From a virus (Duplodnaviria > Caudoviricetes), in IMG/VR virus record IMGVR_UViG_3300029305_005724, positions 64,001 to 128,000 of that record: a stretch of DNA of 64,000 nt; one strand, 5' to 3'. Positions 19,866 through 30,015 of this stretch are shown here, in pieces (within the stretch, counting starts at the first letter, position 1; each line of letters starts with the position of its first letter). The position numbers were made by a program, and so were the translations under genes. The notes beneath the pieces were generated by a model. The model did not search any database, was not told the origin of the DNA, and saw nothing but the letters and a program-made list of their open reading frames with translations.

Positions 19866-20124
19866 GAAAGAGAAGCATTAGAATCTCTTAATCCTTTTAT
19901 TCGTAGACATCTGATCTGCGCGCAATTGGATGTCGATTCGAAGCTACTTATTCTCATATAATATGCAGGAGGTGGTGAATTCAACCATTCTCCTTATTCA
20001 AAGCCTCCTGTGGTCATGTGGGACCCGGGATCATTCTGCTACTAGCACTAGCAGTCTGACCGTTATTAACCTCGAAAGAGTTTAATATATAAAACAAAAA
20101 TTTTACGCAAAGGAGAATGGTAAA
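19863..20124 (+). promoter_or_regulatory. Long structured 5' leader with anti-RBS
   Basis: Several stems; ACCATTCTCCTT is complementary to the downstream RBS AAGGAGAATGGT. Confidence 0.55.
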
Positions 20125-20457
20125 ATGGCACACGACAATACCGGCAGCAATTTTGCAGCAGAAGAGGATCTTATGAATAAAGAGTTCAGAAAGAATAACC
20201 TCAACAACATCAACAAAAAAGAGTTTGAAAAGGATATCAATCCGGAAAATCCTGCAAGCGAAATCAATAAGAAAAATGAAGAGCTTATTGATCCCATGGC
20301 TTGCGAAGCAAGTCCTGAAGAGCTCGAAGCTAAAAAGAAGAAATGGATGGACATCTTCCAAAGATGCCCTGATTTCGCAAATTGGATTCTTGAAATCTAT
20401 GAAGGAGTCGGATCTGCCGGCCTTGATGATATCATGAATGCATATTTCCATAACTAA
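20125..20457 (+). CDS. Hypothetical acidic protein
   Basis: AAGGAG RBS; 110 aa; followed by a terminator at 20474-20509. Confidence 0.7.
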   Translation: MAHDNTGSNFAAEEDLMNKEFRKNNLNNINKKEFEKDINPENPASEINKKNEELIDPMACEASPEELEAKKKKWMDIFQRCPDFANWILEIYEGVGSAGLDDIMNAYFHN

Positions 20458-20568
20458 TTTAAATTAGTTATGGAAAAGAAAGAGCTTTATAAAGCTCTTT
20501 CTTTTTTTTAATTACCTCATGTTAGCTTTATATAGAATCTAGAACGAAATATTAAGGGGTGATGAATT

Positions 20569-22104
20569 ATGAATAAAATCGTTGTTTATCGAACTCATAT
20601 AGAAATAAACAATTATAGAAGAGGGGATTGCCCTCAATTAGAAAAAACATTCTCTGTTTATGATAGACTTTATCATAGACGATTTCCGAAAGGAATGATA
20701 TATGATGAAGAGAGAGGAGTACTCATGCTCCCTAGAGGTATTGATATCGGATATGTAGAAAGGCTTCTACAGTCCGAACCTGTTGTTGATGGAACTATAG
20801 ATCCAATAGGAGATGTGGGTCCAATTATGCTTAAATATAAACCTAGAGATACTACACAACAAGAAGCTATAAGATTTATGCTTAGTATGGATAAATATAA
20901 AAGAAATGAAAATAGCACAATGCTGTCAGTAAACTTAAATACTGGTAAAGGTAAAACATATTGTGCTATTGCAACTGCTGCATATCTGGGATATAGATCT
21001 ATAGTTATCACAGATAATATTGGTTGGTTAGAGCAGTGGAAAAATTTCTTTATTGAATACACAGATATTACAGCTGACGAGATCTATATGATTTCAGGAG
21101 CTCCTTCATTAATGAAGCTCTTTAATAGAGACATTTCAAAATATAAAGTTATTCTTTCAACTCATTCTACTATTAAGAGTATTGGAGATAAGCAAGGATG
21201 GGATAAGATTAGATCATTCTTCACTCATTGTCAGATAGGAATCAAATACTATGATGAGGCTCATTTGAATTTTGACAATATGTTTCAGATTGATTGTTAT
21301 TCAAATACATTTTTGACTTATTATTTAACAGCTACTCCTGGTAGAAGCGATGCCGGGGAAGATGCAATATTTAGTTTATATTTCAAAAATGTGCCGTCAA
21401 TCAATCTATTCAATATCGAATCAGATCCGCATACGAAATATGCTGCAATTAGATTCAATTCTAATCCGACCCCAGTTAATGCAGCTAGCTGTAAAAATAA
21501 ATATGGATTAAACAGAATTGCATATACCGATTATCTAGTTAGAAATGATAATTTTCAGCAATTACTAATTATTTTGGTCAATATGGCAATTCGAAAACCT
21601 GGAAAACATTTGTTCTATATCGGAACTAATGAAGCAATTCTTTATGTAAGAGACTTAATATATCAGAATTTTCCAGAATTGATAGGACAGATAGGAATTT
21701 ATACAAGTATAATTCCTCCTGATAAAAAGCCTAGAGAACTTGAAAAGAAGATAATATTAAGTACGACTAAAAGTGCTGGAGCCGCAATGGATATAAAAGG
21801 TCTTGTAGAAACAGTTAATCTTGCAGAGCCTTTTAAATCCAAAGTTTTGGCTCAGCAAACTCTTGGTAGAACTAGAGCAGCAAATACACTATATAAAGAT
21901 ATTGTAGACACAGGATTCTATTATACAAAGAAATTCTATGATTTTAAGAAGCCTGTATTTAAAAAATATGCATCTGAATGCGTAGAAATTAATATGAATA
22001 AAGATGATATTGATAAACGAGTTCTGGGTATAATGGATAATAGAAGCAAAATGATTCAACCAATGGAATTTGCTGATAATCCATTTAAATCCGAAGAATC
22101 GTAA
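20569..22104 (+). CDS. SF2 DNA helicase (UvsW-like)
   Basis: NTGKGKT, DEAH, TATP and QTLGR motifs. Confidence 0.9.
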   Translation: MNKIVVYRTHIEINNYRRGDCPQLEKTFSVYDRLYHRRFPKGMIYDEERGVLMLPRGIDIGYVERLLQSEPVVDGTIDPIGDVGPIMLKYKPRDTTQQEAIRFMLSMDKYKRNENSTMLSVNLNTGKGKTYCAIATAAYLGYRSIVITDNIGWLEQWKNFFIEYTDITADEIYMISGAPSLMKLFNRDISKYKVILSTHSTIKSIGDKQGWDKIRSFFTHCQIGIKYYDEAHLNFDNMFQIDCYSNTFLTYYLTATPGRSDAGEDAIFSLYFKNVPSINLFNIESDPHTKYAAIRFNSNPTPVNAASCKNKYGLNRIAYTDYLVRNDNFQQLLIILVNMAIRKPGKHLFYIGTNEAILYVRDLIYQNFPELIGQIGIYTSIIPPDKKPRELEKKIILSTTKSAGAAMDIKGLVETVNLAEPFKSKVLAQQTLGRTRAANTLYKDIVDTGFYYTKKFYDFKKPVFKKYASECVEINMNKDDIDKRVLGIMDNRSKMIQPMEFADNPFKSEES

Positions 22105-22193
22105 ATAAAGGATTCTTTAACGATATACTATAAAAGTGAATGAGAGAAGGAATAAATCCTTCTCTCATAATTTTTATAAGGAGGTACAGAATA

Positions 22194-23564
22194 ATGAAAG
22201 GAAAGGCAATTTTTAATCCTTTAGTTACGATGTACAAGTACGGAGCAGATAAAACAGCTCCACTCGCGAAAGACCGTGTAGCCGGTATTATCAATGATAA
22301 TGAGAGTGAAACCACTCGTAAAGATAATACAGCTACAACCACCACCAAAGTTGACGAAACTGTCAACGCAACAGATGTAGGAGAAGCAGCAAAGACTGCT
22401 GGCTCCGAATCCGCAGGATCTGATGGAGTCCTTGACTTTAGCATGTTTGGTGTCAAAATTGATACCGATGCAATGTCTGGAGCAGTCAGATTTGAATCGC
22501 AGGAAGAAGAGAAAGCCTGTGCAAGACGTATGGTAGACGATGCCATTCGTCGAAACGGCATCAATACAAATCCTGCGGCAAATCCCATTTTTGGTAATCA
22601 GCCTATGAACAAAGGAGCTCCTATGCAGGGTGCAAGTCAGCAGCCTGTTGTTGGAAGAGGTAGACATAAGGTTGATAACCCGACTCAGCAGAAGCCCAAG
22701 CCTCCTAAGGCAGAAGCGGATAATGTTGAGTTTACTCCCGGCGTTCTCAATATTGAAGTAGAGCCACCTAAGCCTCCTAAGACTTGGCCTGATCCTACGA
22801 ACAATGTTCTTGAGAATGCAGAGCCCATTCCCGAAACTGCTCAGTCCTTTGATAATTCTGCAGTGATTGCTCAGTTCAATCAATGTGCAGGACTTTTGAG
22901 GGATATTGAGAAGATTGCATCTGAGGTCGGAGTCCATGTCCAGATGATTTCGAAGCCCGGAAGCAATGGCCAGCCCAGTGGTTTGATCGAATGCTATGTG
23001 TATACAGGTCAGCCTACTCCGAATCCTTTCAAGGGATTCACAATCGACACCGGTGCTATCATCGATCGTCGAGTAAAGATCTTCCCTGCAATTGTTGAAG
23101 CAGGTTATGAGGATCTTCCCGCATATCCTGTAATGATTTCCAGAGATGGAAAGGAAGAATCTGACAATAAGAAGAAGGTTGTCGATGCTAAGTTGATTAA
23201 AACTCTTCTTGTCGGAGGTGCACAAATGCTTACTCCTAGCTCTATGTACACAAAAGATTATATGGAGCTTAATAAGCATGTAGCAATCATTACTATGCCT
23301 ACAAGTCACATGAATTCTGAGACTCGTAAGGCCGTTCGAGATCGCCTGCTCAATGCAATGAGATCTGGTCTCTTCGAAGAAGCAGCGAAAATCGATCAGT
23401 TCGCAAGATTCCGCTTTGTACCTAAGTCGTACAATAAGCAGACCCTTGAGTTCGAACTCTCTAGCCAGGGTGTTCCTTACAGATTCTGTGGTCCTTGCAT
23501 GAGCAAGAAAAATATCACAATCAAGTTTGGAAAAGATGGCAAGGCAACAATGTCTCATGAATAA
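22194..23564 (+). CDS. Early hypothetical protein with Pro-rich linker
   Basis: ATG at 22194 after AAGGAGG; early-type promoter at 22118-22139; terminator at 23582-23617. Confidence 0.75.
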   Translation: MKGKAIFNPLVTMYKYGADKTAPLAKDRVAGIINDNESETTRKDNTATTTTKVDETVNATDVGEAAKTAGSESAGSDGVLDFSMFGVKIDTDAMSGAVRFESQEEEKACARRMVDDAIRRNGINTNPAANPIFGNQPMNKGAPMQGASQQPVVGRGRHKVDNPTQQKPKPPKAEADNVEFTPGVLNIEVEPPKPPKTWPDPTNNVLENAEPIPETAQSFDNSAVIAQFNQCAGLLRDIEKIASEVGVHVQMISKPGSNGQPSGLIECYVYTGQPTPNPFKGFTIDTGAIIDRRVKIFPAIVEAGYEDLPAYPVMISRDGKEESDNKKKVVDAKLIKTLLVGGAQMLTPSSMYTKDYMELNKHVAIITMPTSHMNSETRKAVRDRLLNAMRSGLFEEAAKIDQFARFRFVPKSYNKQTLEFELSSQGVPYRFCGPCMSKKNITIKFGKDGKATMSHE

Positions 23565-23655
23565 TCATTGGGCATTTGCCGATCCCAGGTACCTTTTGGT
23601 ACCTGGGATTATTTTTTAATGCTTCGGCAACTTTTAAGTAACAGTTTTAAGGAGA

Positions 23656-24450
23656 ATGAAAATCATGCCGAATGAATTAATAGAACCAATGGAGTTCTTT
23701 AAAATAGATAAAGTTTCAGATGATGTTTATGCTATTGGTCCTAATGTCATTCTGAAGTTTAATGTATCTCTATCCAAAATGTCAAATGGAAAGAGATTTC
23801 ATTTTCATAAAGAATATGAATATCCGTCGAGAGGCGTTCCGGGCCTTTCGACTCTTGTAACTATAAAAAGAAGTTTTGACTATTATCTTTCGATAGAAAA
23901 TATGACAAAAGATAATAGTGGAAATAAATTATTTATAAGAATTGGTCCTCAAGAATATATGATATTTAAAAGAGGACTTGAAGAAGCTATTTCCTGGTTT
24001 ACTGATAATAAATATGCAAAACTATTTGCAAGAGATAGAGGTAAACTAATTCTGATGCCTCCAGTACCAGAATTTGTAATGCAAAATCTTCCAATGCAAA
24101 AGTATATACACATTCAGCCAATTATTATTGATAGAGGTATGGCCAATGATGATAAAGAACCCGGTATTAGATTAACACTGGGTGATAATTCGAATGTAAT
24201 TGACATTAATCTTGATAGATTGATGGGATTATACTATACAATTTCTTGCTTTAATATGTATCAAGCAGCTTTGATCATGGTCAACTATATTCAAAGACCT
24301 GAATTTGGTACAAATCGCTTTGTGATGGAGCCTTCACATCTAATGGGTCAAGAATCTGGCGTAAGGTATGGCTCATCTGGAATAGAAGGAAGATTTGTAA
24401 CTCCTCAAGGAAGTCCAGACAATATAAAAACCTTGGAAGGAGGACAATAA
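23656..24450 (+). CDS. Hypothetical protein
   Basis: 264 aa; promoter at 23629-23640; N-terminal LIEPMEFF motif. Confidence 0.75.
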   Translation: MKIMPNELIEPMEFFKIDKVSDDVYAIGPNVILKFNVSLSKMSNGKRFHFHKEYEYPSRGVPGLSTLVTIKRSFDYYLSIENMTKDNSGNKLFIRIGPQEYMIFKRGLEEAISWFTDNKYAKLFARDRGKLILMPPVPEFVMQNLPMQKYIHIQPIIIDRGMANDDKEPGIRLTLGDNSNVIDINLDRLMGLYYTISCFNMYQAALIMVNYIQRPEFGTNRFVMEPSHLMGQESGVRYGSSGIEGRFVTPQGSPDNIKTLEGGQ

Positions 24451-24452
24451 CA

Positions 24453-25088
24453 ATGTTTAATCCAAATATGCATTTATTTTTCGATAAAGATGAAAGAGAG
24501 CCTGCTCTTAGATATCTTGTTATGAAATTCTTCAACGGAATGGAAAATAAAATGGATACAAGAGCATTGGCTGCTATGATTGATATGATGTATGGTGTAA
24601 ATACAGTAAAGATGGCAAATTATCTGGCTGTAGAAACCACTATAGTTGAAAAATATGAAAAAGCAATATTAGAATATTGCTCATTCGTAGATATTGATGC
24701 TGAGATTATGTCATATAATCCAGGACAATTTGTTGTTAAGTCAATAGTCAATCAGGCTTTAAAAGGTCCAGAATCTTTTGCACCATTAATGTACTGGGAT
24801 CCTGGTAGAGAGTGGAATTTTAATAATGTGCCAAAAGAAGGAGCTTTAATGAATCCTTTAAATCATTACGTTCATTCTTCTCTTACTTTAAAGAATGTAG
24901 AATACCAAAAACTTCGCAATTTTGCTGTAAAAGCTTTACGTGAAGATTTTAAACTACTTAATAAAGCTTTTAATGATTTAGATAAGCAGAATACGAATAA
25001 AACTGCTACTCTAACAATTGAGCTTTTACCATGTGATACTTATAAAAATATAATAAATATCACAGATACATTACATTTGTATTTTTAA
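24453..25088 (+). CDS. Hypothetical protein
   Basis: GAGGA RBS, operonic. Confidence 0.75.
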   Translation: MFNPNMHLFFDKDEREPALRYLVMKFFNGMENKMDTRALAAMIDMMYGVNTVKMANYLAVETTIVEKYEKAILEYCSFVDIDAEIMSYNPGQFVVKSIVNQALKGPESFAPLMYWDPGREWNFNNVPKEGALMNPLNHYVHSSLTLKNVEYQKLRNFAVKALREDFKLLNKAFNDLDKQNTNKTATLTIELLPCDTYKNIINITDTLHLYF

Positions 25089-25102
25089 GGAGGAGAAAAA
25101 AA

Positions 25103-25465
25103 ATGGATTACTTGATAGAGCATTTTATAAGAGTTCTAGATTCTTATAAGACCTTGAGAAAGGAATATACAAGAAATAGTGATGGTAGCTATACCATTGA
25201 TATTTATGATATCCCTCCAGAACTAGATCTAGAGCTTTCTAGACTTAGCTACGATGAGGTTATAGGACAGAAAGAGACTAAAGATAAACATGGACGTGTT
25301 ATTGGAGTAGAAAAGATTACTCAAACTACAATGTGTTTTGTTGGTATCGGAGAAGGACTTAATCTTAGGCTTGTTCTCGATAAAGATACATATGCTAAAA
25401 AGATGAATCTAATAGATCCAATTCTTAGGAGATATTTTGCAGCACATCGAAACCTCGGCTTTTAA
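25103..25465 (+). CDS. Hypothetical protein
   Basis: AAGGAGG RBS. Confidence 0.75.
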   Translation: MDYLIEHFIRVLDSYKTLRKEYTRNSDGSYTIDIYDIPPELDLELSRLSYDEVIGQKETKDKHGRVIGVEKITQTTMCFVGIGEGLNLRLVLDKDTYAKKMNLIDPILRRYFAAHRNLGF

Positions 25466-25510
25466 AAATGATAAGGATAGAACGAAAATCGTTCTATCCT
25501 TATCATTTTT
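25465..25510. terminator. Bidirectional terminator
   Basis: Long inverted repeat AAAATGATAAGGATAGAACGA between convergent genes. Confidence 0.85.
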
Positions 25511-26276
25511 ATACAGTAAAGATAAGAGGCTGATGCGCATTAGCAGCAGAAACATGAGCATCATCTAGTCTTTCTATAATCTCATCTCTCTTAGAAGCCT
25601 TACTCTCAAGATCCCCAATCTTAATATCGATATTTGCAAATACAGTTTCTAATCCTTCATAATACTTTAAATTTTCATACAAGAATTTAGCTACATCTGC
25701 TTCAGCCAATTCTTCAAAAATTTCCATCATAGAAGGGGGAATAGTCATAAGATTAGGAGCATGTTTAATAAATATTTCTAATGGAAAAGAATTCATTCCT
25801 CTCGTAATGTCTGCTCCAGTAACAGTTGAAATCTTAACCATATTAGGAGGTCTATATTCTACAAAGATCTGGTTGTTGAATAGCGACATATGGTCAGCTC
25901 TCATTTGTAGGAGAGCAATATCATCTAAACCATAATTATTTGTCATAAAATCATAAGTTCCATATCCTTGTGCTTCTTGCAGCCTTAAACTATCTCTTGA
26001 AAATAGAGACCAGTCTATATCTCTTACTCCTATAACTTCAACACCCTCTGGTACATATTCATCGATAAGGTAATAGCCATCTCTTCTTCTTTGAGCTAGG
26101 CTAATTTGTATATGCATAGAATTTGGAAAATATCTACTAAAAGTATCAAGTGTTTCGTTAGCTATAACTTCTTCGGCCCAAACAGATTTGCATATATCTT
26201 CAGGAAGATTTAGCTGTTTAGTGCCAAGACGACGCTCTATTTTATTCAATAAGGCGTTCATTTTATTCATTGGCAT
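25509..26276 (-). CDS. Putative neck/head-completion protein
   Basis: N-terminal LLNKIERRLG resembles T4 gp13-type neck proteins; adjacent to the terminase gene. Confidence 0.5.
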   Translation of the reverse strand: MPMNKMNALLNKIERRLGTKQLNLPEDICKSVWAEEVIANETLDTFSRYFPNSMHIQISLAQRRRDGYYLIDEYVPEGVEVIGVRDIDWSLFSRDSLRLQEAQGYGTYDFMTNNYGLDDIALLQMRADHMSLFNNQIFVEYRPPNMVKISTVTGADITRGMNSFPLEIFIKHAPNLMTIPPSMMEIFEELAEADVAKFLYENLKYYEGLETVFANIDIKIGDLESKASKRDEIIERLDDAHVSAANAHQPLIFTV

Positions 26277-26362
26277 AATGATAACACCTCCATATAAACT
26301 TTATTTATTATAAATGTTAAACGATTAAGAGGAGCATGAACAACATGCTCCTCCAATCTATA

Positions 26363-28540
26363 TTACCAATATTTACTTAAATTACCGACATTAATAGTAT
26401 CCTTCATATACTCTTCTTCAGGATCGCTGTTAAAGTTTAAAAATACATCTGTTGGGATAGTTTGCACAGTAGTCTGTGCCTGAGGAACTACAACATGATA
26501 CCTATCAGCCAAAGTCTTCTGAACTAGTTTATCATTTAATAGTCTATCCATAGCAGCTTGATCTCTTGCTGTTTCAGACTTCATCCAATCTTCATATAAT
26601 TGACGACCAGGAGCATTTTCCAACTCTTCGAGCTGTTCATTAATCTCCTCATTATCAGAAATATCAAGAGTTTGAGTCATATCAGACTGGGGTTCACGAA
26701 TATCGGTTACGGCTTCTTCCAGATCTGCATCTGTTCTAAGCACACGTCTTGTGATACCCCAGTTGTTCATTAAGTCTCCACCTTTATAATATACATAAAG
26801 CGCCCATAGCCATGAAAATACTTGGTCGTCGTGAGTATTGGAACTGTGTTCGACTTTACCATTCTTTTTAACTTCCATGCCGCAGAGTTCTTCATATATT
26901 GTAGGTGAAATAATTTTATCTTTATGGTATTCTACACGATCTCTTAATATCTCAACGAGTTCTTCACGCTCTGCTTTTGTAGAATCAGATCCGTAAACTT
27001 TAGTTTTCTGTGTTCTCTTATGAATAGCAGATCCCATTATTCTTTCTTCAACAACCTTATCCTTAATTGTATAGAATAGATTTTTCTTGATTGAAGTTTG
27101 TAATAGGCGTGCTATAACACTAGATCCAAAACCGCCGTTACGTTCTATATTTACTACAGCATTGGGCAACCATTGAGAAACGATGTGGTGAATAACCATT
27201 GCTAATTCTGGTGTAGAAATAAAGTTGCTATTGAGTTCTGCAACTACTCTTGTACTATAAGAGTCTACTACCGTAATAGCAGATGAGTCTCTTTGATATC
27301 CTCCAGATACGTCAACACCAATAATCGGAGGATATTGAATATTGAATCTTTCAAATATCTTTAATTCATACTTGTTGAATAGAAGTATTGTATTAATCGG
27401 CTGTCTCAATAGACCTTTAATAGTATCAAGATCTTCAGCTCTAAAGGGAGAATTTTCAGAAGAATTCGACCATTCGAGAAGAACCTCGCGGCGGATATCA
27501 TCCCACTTCTTATTCATCGCCATGCAAAGCTGCTTGAACCACTGTTCAGTCTTACCAAGCTGCTGATATGTATACTTAATATATACGAATGTAGAATTCG
27601 TATTTGTCTCAATAATATTTTGAATTTGTTCCTTGCTAAGATCATACCATCTTTCGCTAAACGGAGTTGCAGCCTCTTTAAGGTTGAATGCCTCAATACC
27701 CTCATCTGTTGTAAGCATACCAGGAGTTGTTGTAATTAGCATACCATAAGGAGTTCCATTACGTCTAGCATTATTAGATGCAGTATTAAATGCAGGGACC
27801 ATGTTTGTATAAATAATCGTATTATACTGAATAAAGCCATACTCGTCTATATAAATTAAAGGCGTTGTACGACCACGCATTAGGCTGGCTGCTGCAACTT
27901 TGTTTCTTGCAGATGCTACTGTTCTAATACGGTTATTATTAACTGGGTGCTGCATAGTCTCTACGTTATTCTTTCCTCTAACCTTTACACCATCCGGTCC
28001 AAAGGCCTGGTCCATAACAAGATAACTTGGTAGCAGTTCACGTATATCTTTAATACGCTGCAAGTTTAATTTAGAGTCTTCAAATTTCTTATTTAAGAAT
28101 GTCATTTCAGCATTTGCCGTTCCAAAATTAAACAAATACAAATACCATGCAAGACTCGAAATAGTTTTACCTGTCTGACGAGGCTGCTCTAAGAAAATAT
28201 TCAAATTCATCATCAGACAGAAAAGAAGAGCTAAATTTCCACGGGTTAATTCGAATTTAACACCAGTCTTTTGACCAGAGTCTGGAATACGAACAACTTC
28301 TCTGAAAAAGTACCATGGATTATATATACATTCTCGTAAAACTTTTTGTTTCATGATCGAATTTAAATTAGGATCATGAGGATCAATTCTGGCCAAATCA
28401 GGATCTAGCAATACGAGCATAAATCTATAGTTTCCTATACCAGTTTCTTTCAAATAATTTGAAACTTCCAGGAAACTTTTATTAGTCGTACTCATATGAT
28501 AGTAGATTGTGGTCTGTGTTTTACCATACATTACGGCCAT
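26363..28540 (-). CDS. terL: Terminase large subunit
   Basis: Walker A PRQTGKT, Walker B IYIDE, nuclease GVDVSGG and HDDQV; promoter at 28586-28597. Confidence 0.92.
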   Translation of the reverse strand: MAVMYGKTQTTIYYHMSTTNKSFLEVSNYLKETGIGNYRFMLVLLDPDLARIDPHDPNLNSIMKQKVLRECIYNPWYFFREVVRIPDSGQKTGVKFELTRGNLALLFCLMMNLNIFLEQPRQTGKTISSLAWYLYLFNFGTANAEMTFLNKKFEDSKLNLQRIKDIRELLPSYLVMDQAFGPDGVKVRGKNNVETMQHPVNNNRIRTVASARNKVAAASLMRGRTTPLIYIDEYGFIQYNTIIYTNMVPAFNTASNNARRNGTPYGMLITTTPGMLTTDEGIEAFNLKEAATPFSERWYDLSKEQIQNIIETNTNSTFVYIKYTYQQLGKTEQWFKQLCMAMNKKWDDIRREVLLEWSNSSENSPFRAEDLDTIKGLLRQPINTILLFNKYELKIFERFNIQYPPIIGVDVSGGYQRDSSAITVVDSYSTRVVAELNSNFISTPELAMVIHHIVSQWLPNAVVNIERNGGFGSSVIARLLQTSIKKNLFYTIKDKVVEERIMGSAIHKRTQKTKVYGSDSTKAEREELVEILRDRVEYHKDKIISPTIYEELCGMEVKKNGKVEHSSNTHDDQVFSWLWALYVYYKGGDLMNNWGITRRVLRTDADLEEAVTDIREPQSDMTQTLDISDNEEINEQLEELENAPGRQLYEDWMKSETARDQAAMDRLLNDKLVQKTLADRYHVVVPQAQTTVQTIPTDVFLNFNSDPEEEYMKDTINVGNLSKYW

Positions 28541-28604
28541 AAGATTAGCCTCCTTTCTTATAAAATGAAAAGAGAAATTTTATATTAATTATAAGTTGGC
28601 TGCT

Positions 28605-28639
28605 AAAGAAAATATGAGGAGTCCGAAGACTCCTCATAT
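28605..28639 (-). terminator. Intrinsic terminator (cUUCGg loop)
   Basis: ATATGAGGAGTC-TTCG-GACTCCTCATAT. Confidence 0.85.
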
Positions 28640-28648
28640 CGTGTGTGT

Positions 28649-29470
28649 TTAGACCTTCTTTTTCAGACAATAATTCTGAATCTCATTTGCAATATGATTT
28701 TCGAGATTTACTATAAAAATATCTCCAGTTTTAGCTACAAGCCTAACCTGACTGCCATTATTAATAACAGTTGCAGACTCGTACAAGAAATCAATCTGAT
28801 TGATCAAAGATCTGATATTAGCAGATTCATTCTTAATATAGCTAAGCACGCTAGCATTTGTAATAGGAATAAGCAGTCCATTTTTATTCATAGATTCGAT
28901 AGGCTTATTAGCAAATCCTGCAGATTCTGTTACAAGCTTCGTAGTATATGCATGAGGATGAGAAGGATAGATAACTCTATCCCAAGTAATAACTTTAAGA
29001 TTTTGAACGACATTACGACCCTTAATAGTTTCAAGAGATCCAAGAGCTCTCAAAGACCAGCTAGGAAGAACTCCTTCTCTAAGATCCTGGTCAAATTCTT
29101 CACCAAGAGCATTATTTGTACCCTTAAAATGAGCCATAACATTATTTCCATCCATCCAAATCTTAAGGAAACGAGCTACGGTATTATTGGGATCAATAGT
29201 CTGCTGACGAATCATAGCACTATCCATAGGATGACCATTCTCGGACAGCATATTTCCCGTACTAAGCAATTCTTTTGTTCTTGCGCAATTTATTTCACGA
29301 AGAAGATCGTTATGAAGATAGCAGCGGCCATTTCTATTTTCTTCTTCTGCAGTTTGAATAATTCCTTCTCCAATTACTCTTTTGCCATTCTCAGAAATAA
29401 CCTTTGCTTCCTGAGCTTCCAAAGGAGCACTTTCGAGGATTACATATCCAATCGTTTTATTCATAGGCAT
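28649..29470 (-). CDS. Prohead core protease (T4 gp21-like)
   Basis: NRNGRCY, ENGHP, SLRALGS, TWDRVIYPS motifs; ATG at 29470 after AGGAGG; promoter at 29496-29507. Confidence 0.88.
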   Translation of the reverse strand: MPMNKTIGYVILESAPLEAQEAKVISENGKRVIGEGIIQTAEEENRNGRCYLHNDLLREINCARTKELLSTGNMLSENGHPMDSAMIRQQTIDPNNTVARFLKIWMDGNNVMAHFKGTNNALGEEFDQDLREGVLPSWSLRALGSLETIKGRNVVQNLKVITWDRVIYPSHPHAYTTKLVTESAGFANKPIESMNKNGLLIPITNASVLSYIKNESANIRSLINQIDFLYESATVINNGSQVRLVAKTGDIFIVNLENHIANEIQNYCLKKKV

Positions 29471-29562
29471 TGTATACGCACCTCCTAGTTTCATTTATCG
29501 ATATGTTGGCAGTTTAAGACTTTTTAGGCATTAAAAAGATATTACAAAGCCAACGATATAAT

Positions 29563-29916
29563 GAGAGATTATTTCGATTACGGGTATGTAAGCGTGTGGA
29601 TACAGGTGATCGATACTTTTATCAAAATGTATTTTGCATTTGATAAGAGGACATCTCTTATATAAGTTTATTAAGAACTCGAGAGCTTAATAAACTTTGG
29701 GAGGATATGAAAGCTGAAGAAGTATATTTCGTAAATATATAGACCCTAAACTATATATTTGCTATAGCGATATATACGTCTTTTCTAGATTTGGAGGTGA
29801 TGGCCCAAATCTAGAGAAAATAATGAGATGACTAATGAATGAAATGTATGTAAGGTCCCTTTATACAGGGCCCGGCCTATAGGCTGAGTCTAAGCAGCCT
29901 ATAGGTTTTACTTTTT
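29563..29916 (+). ncRNA. Candidate ~350 nt structured ncRNA
   Basis: Promoter AACGATATAATG (29552-29563), at least 6 stems, terminator CCTATAGGCTG/CAGCCTATAGG; no long ORF. Confidence 0.65.
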
Positions 29917-29933
29917 AAAAATAACATATATTT

Positions 29934-30015
29934 GAAGCTCGTGAGATTTTTTCTTTTCTGGTTTTATTCCTTTCACCCGTGTACTCAGTCCTAGAGTGCA
30001 CGGGGCTTTTATTTT
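29934..30015 (+). ncRNA. Candidate anti-RBS sRNA B (~80 nt)
   Basis: Promoter AACATATATTTG (29923-29934), pyrimidine tract with UUAUUCCUUUCA, terminator stem at 29976-30004. Confidence 0.55.

Noticed and set aside
20014-20451. Minus-strand 145 aa and 83 aa hydrophobic ORFs as possible type I toxins
   Set aside because: Antisense to the RBS-bearing 20125 gene; the hydrophobicity reflects the A-rich sense strand
14215-28540. Introns or inteins in RNAP, DNA polymerase, helicase or terminase (frequent in AR9-like phages)
   Set aside because: The ORFs are continuous, with no intein C-terminal HN-C/S/T signature or homing endonuclease insert recognised
29708-29743. Mini-ORF MKAEEVYFVNI inside the 350 nt RNA
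   Set aside because: The SD-to-ATG spacing is only ~2 nt and the ORF runs into a stem; a tmRNA-like tag was considered but there are no tRNA-like ends
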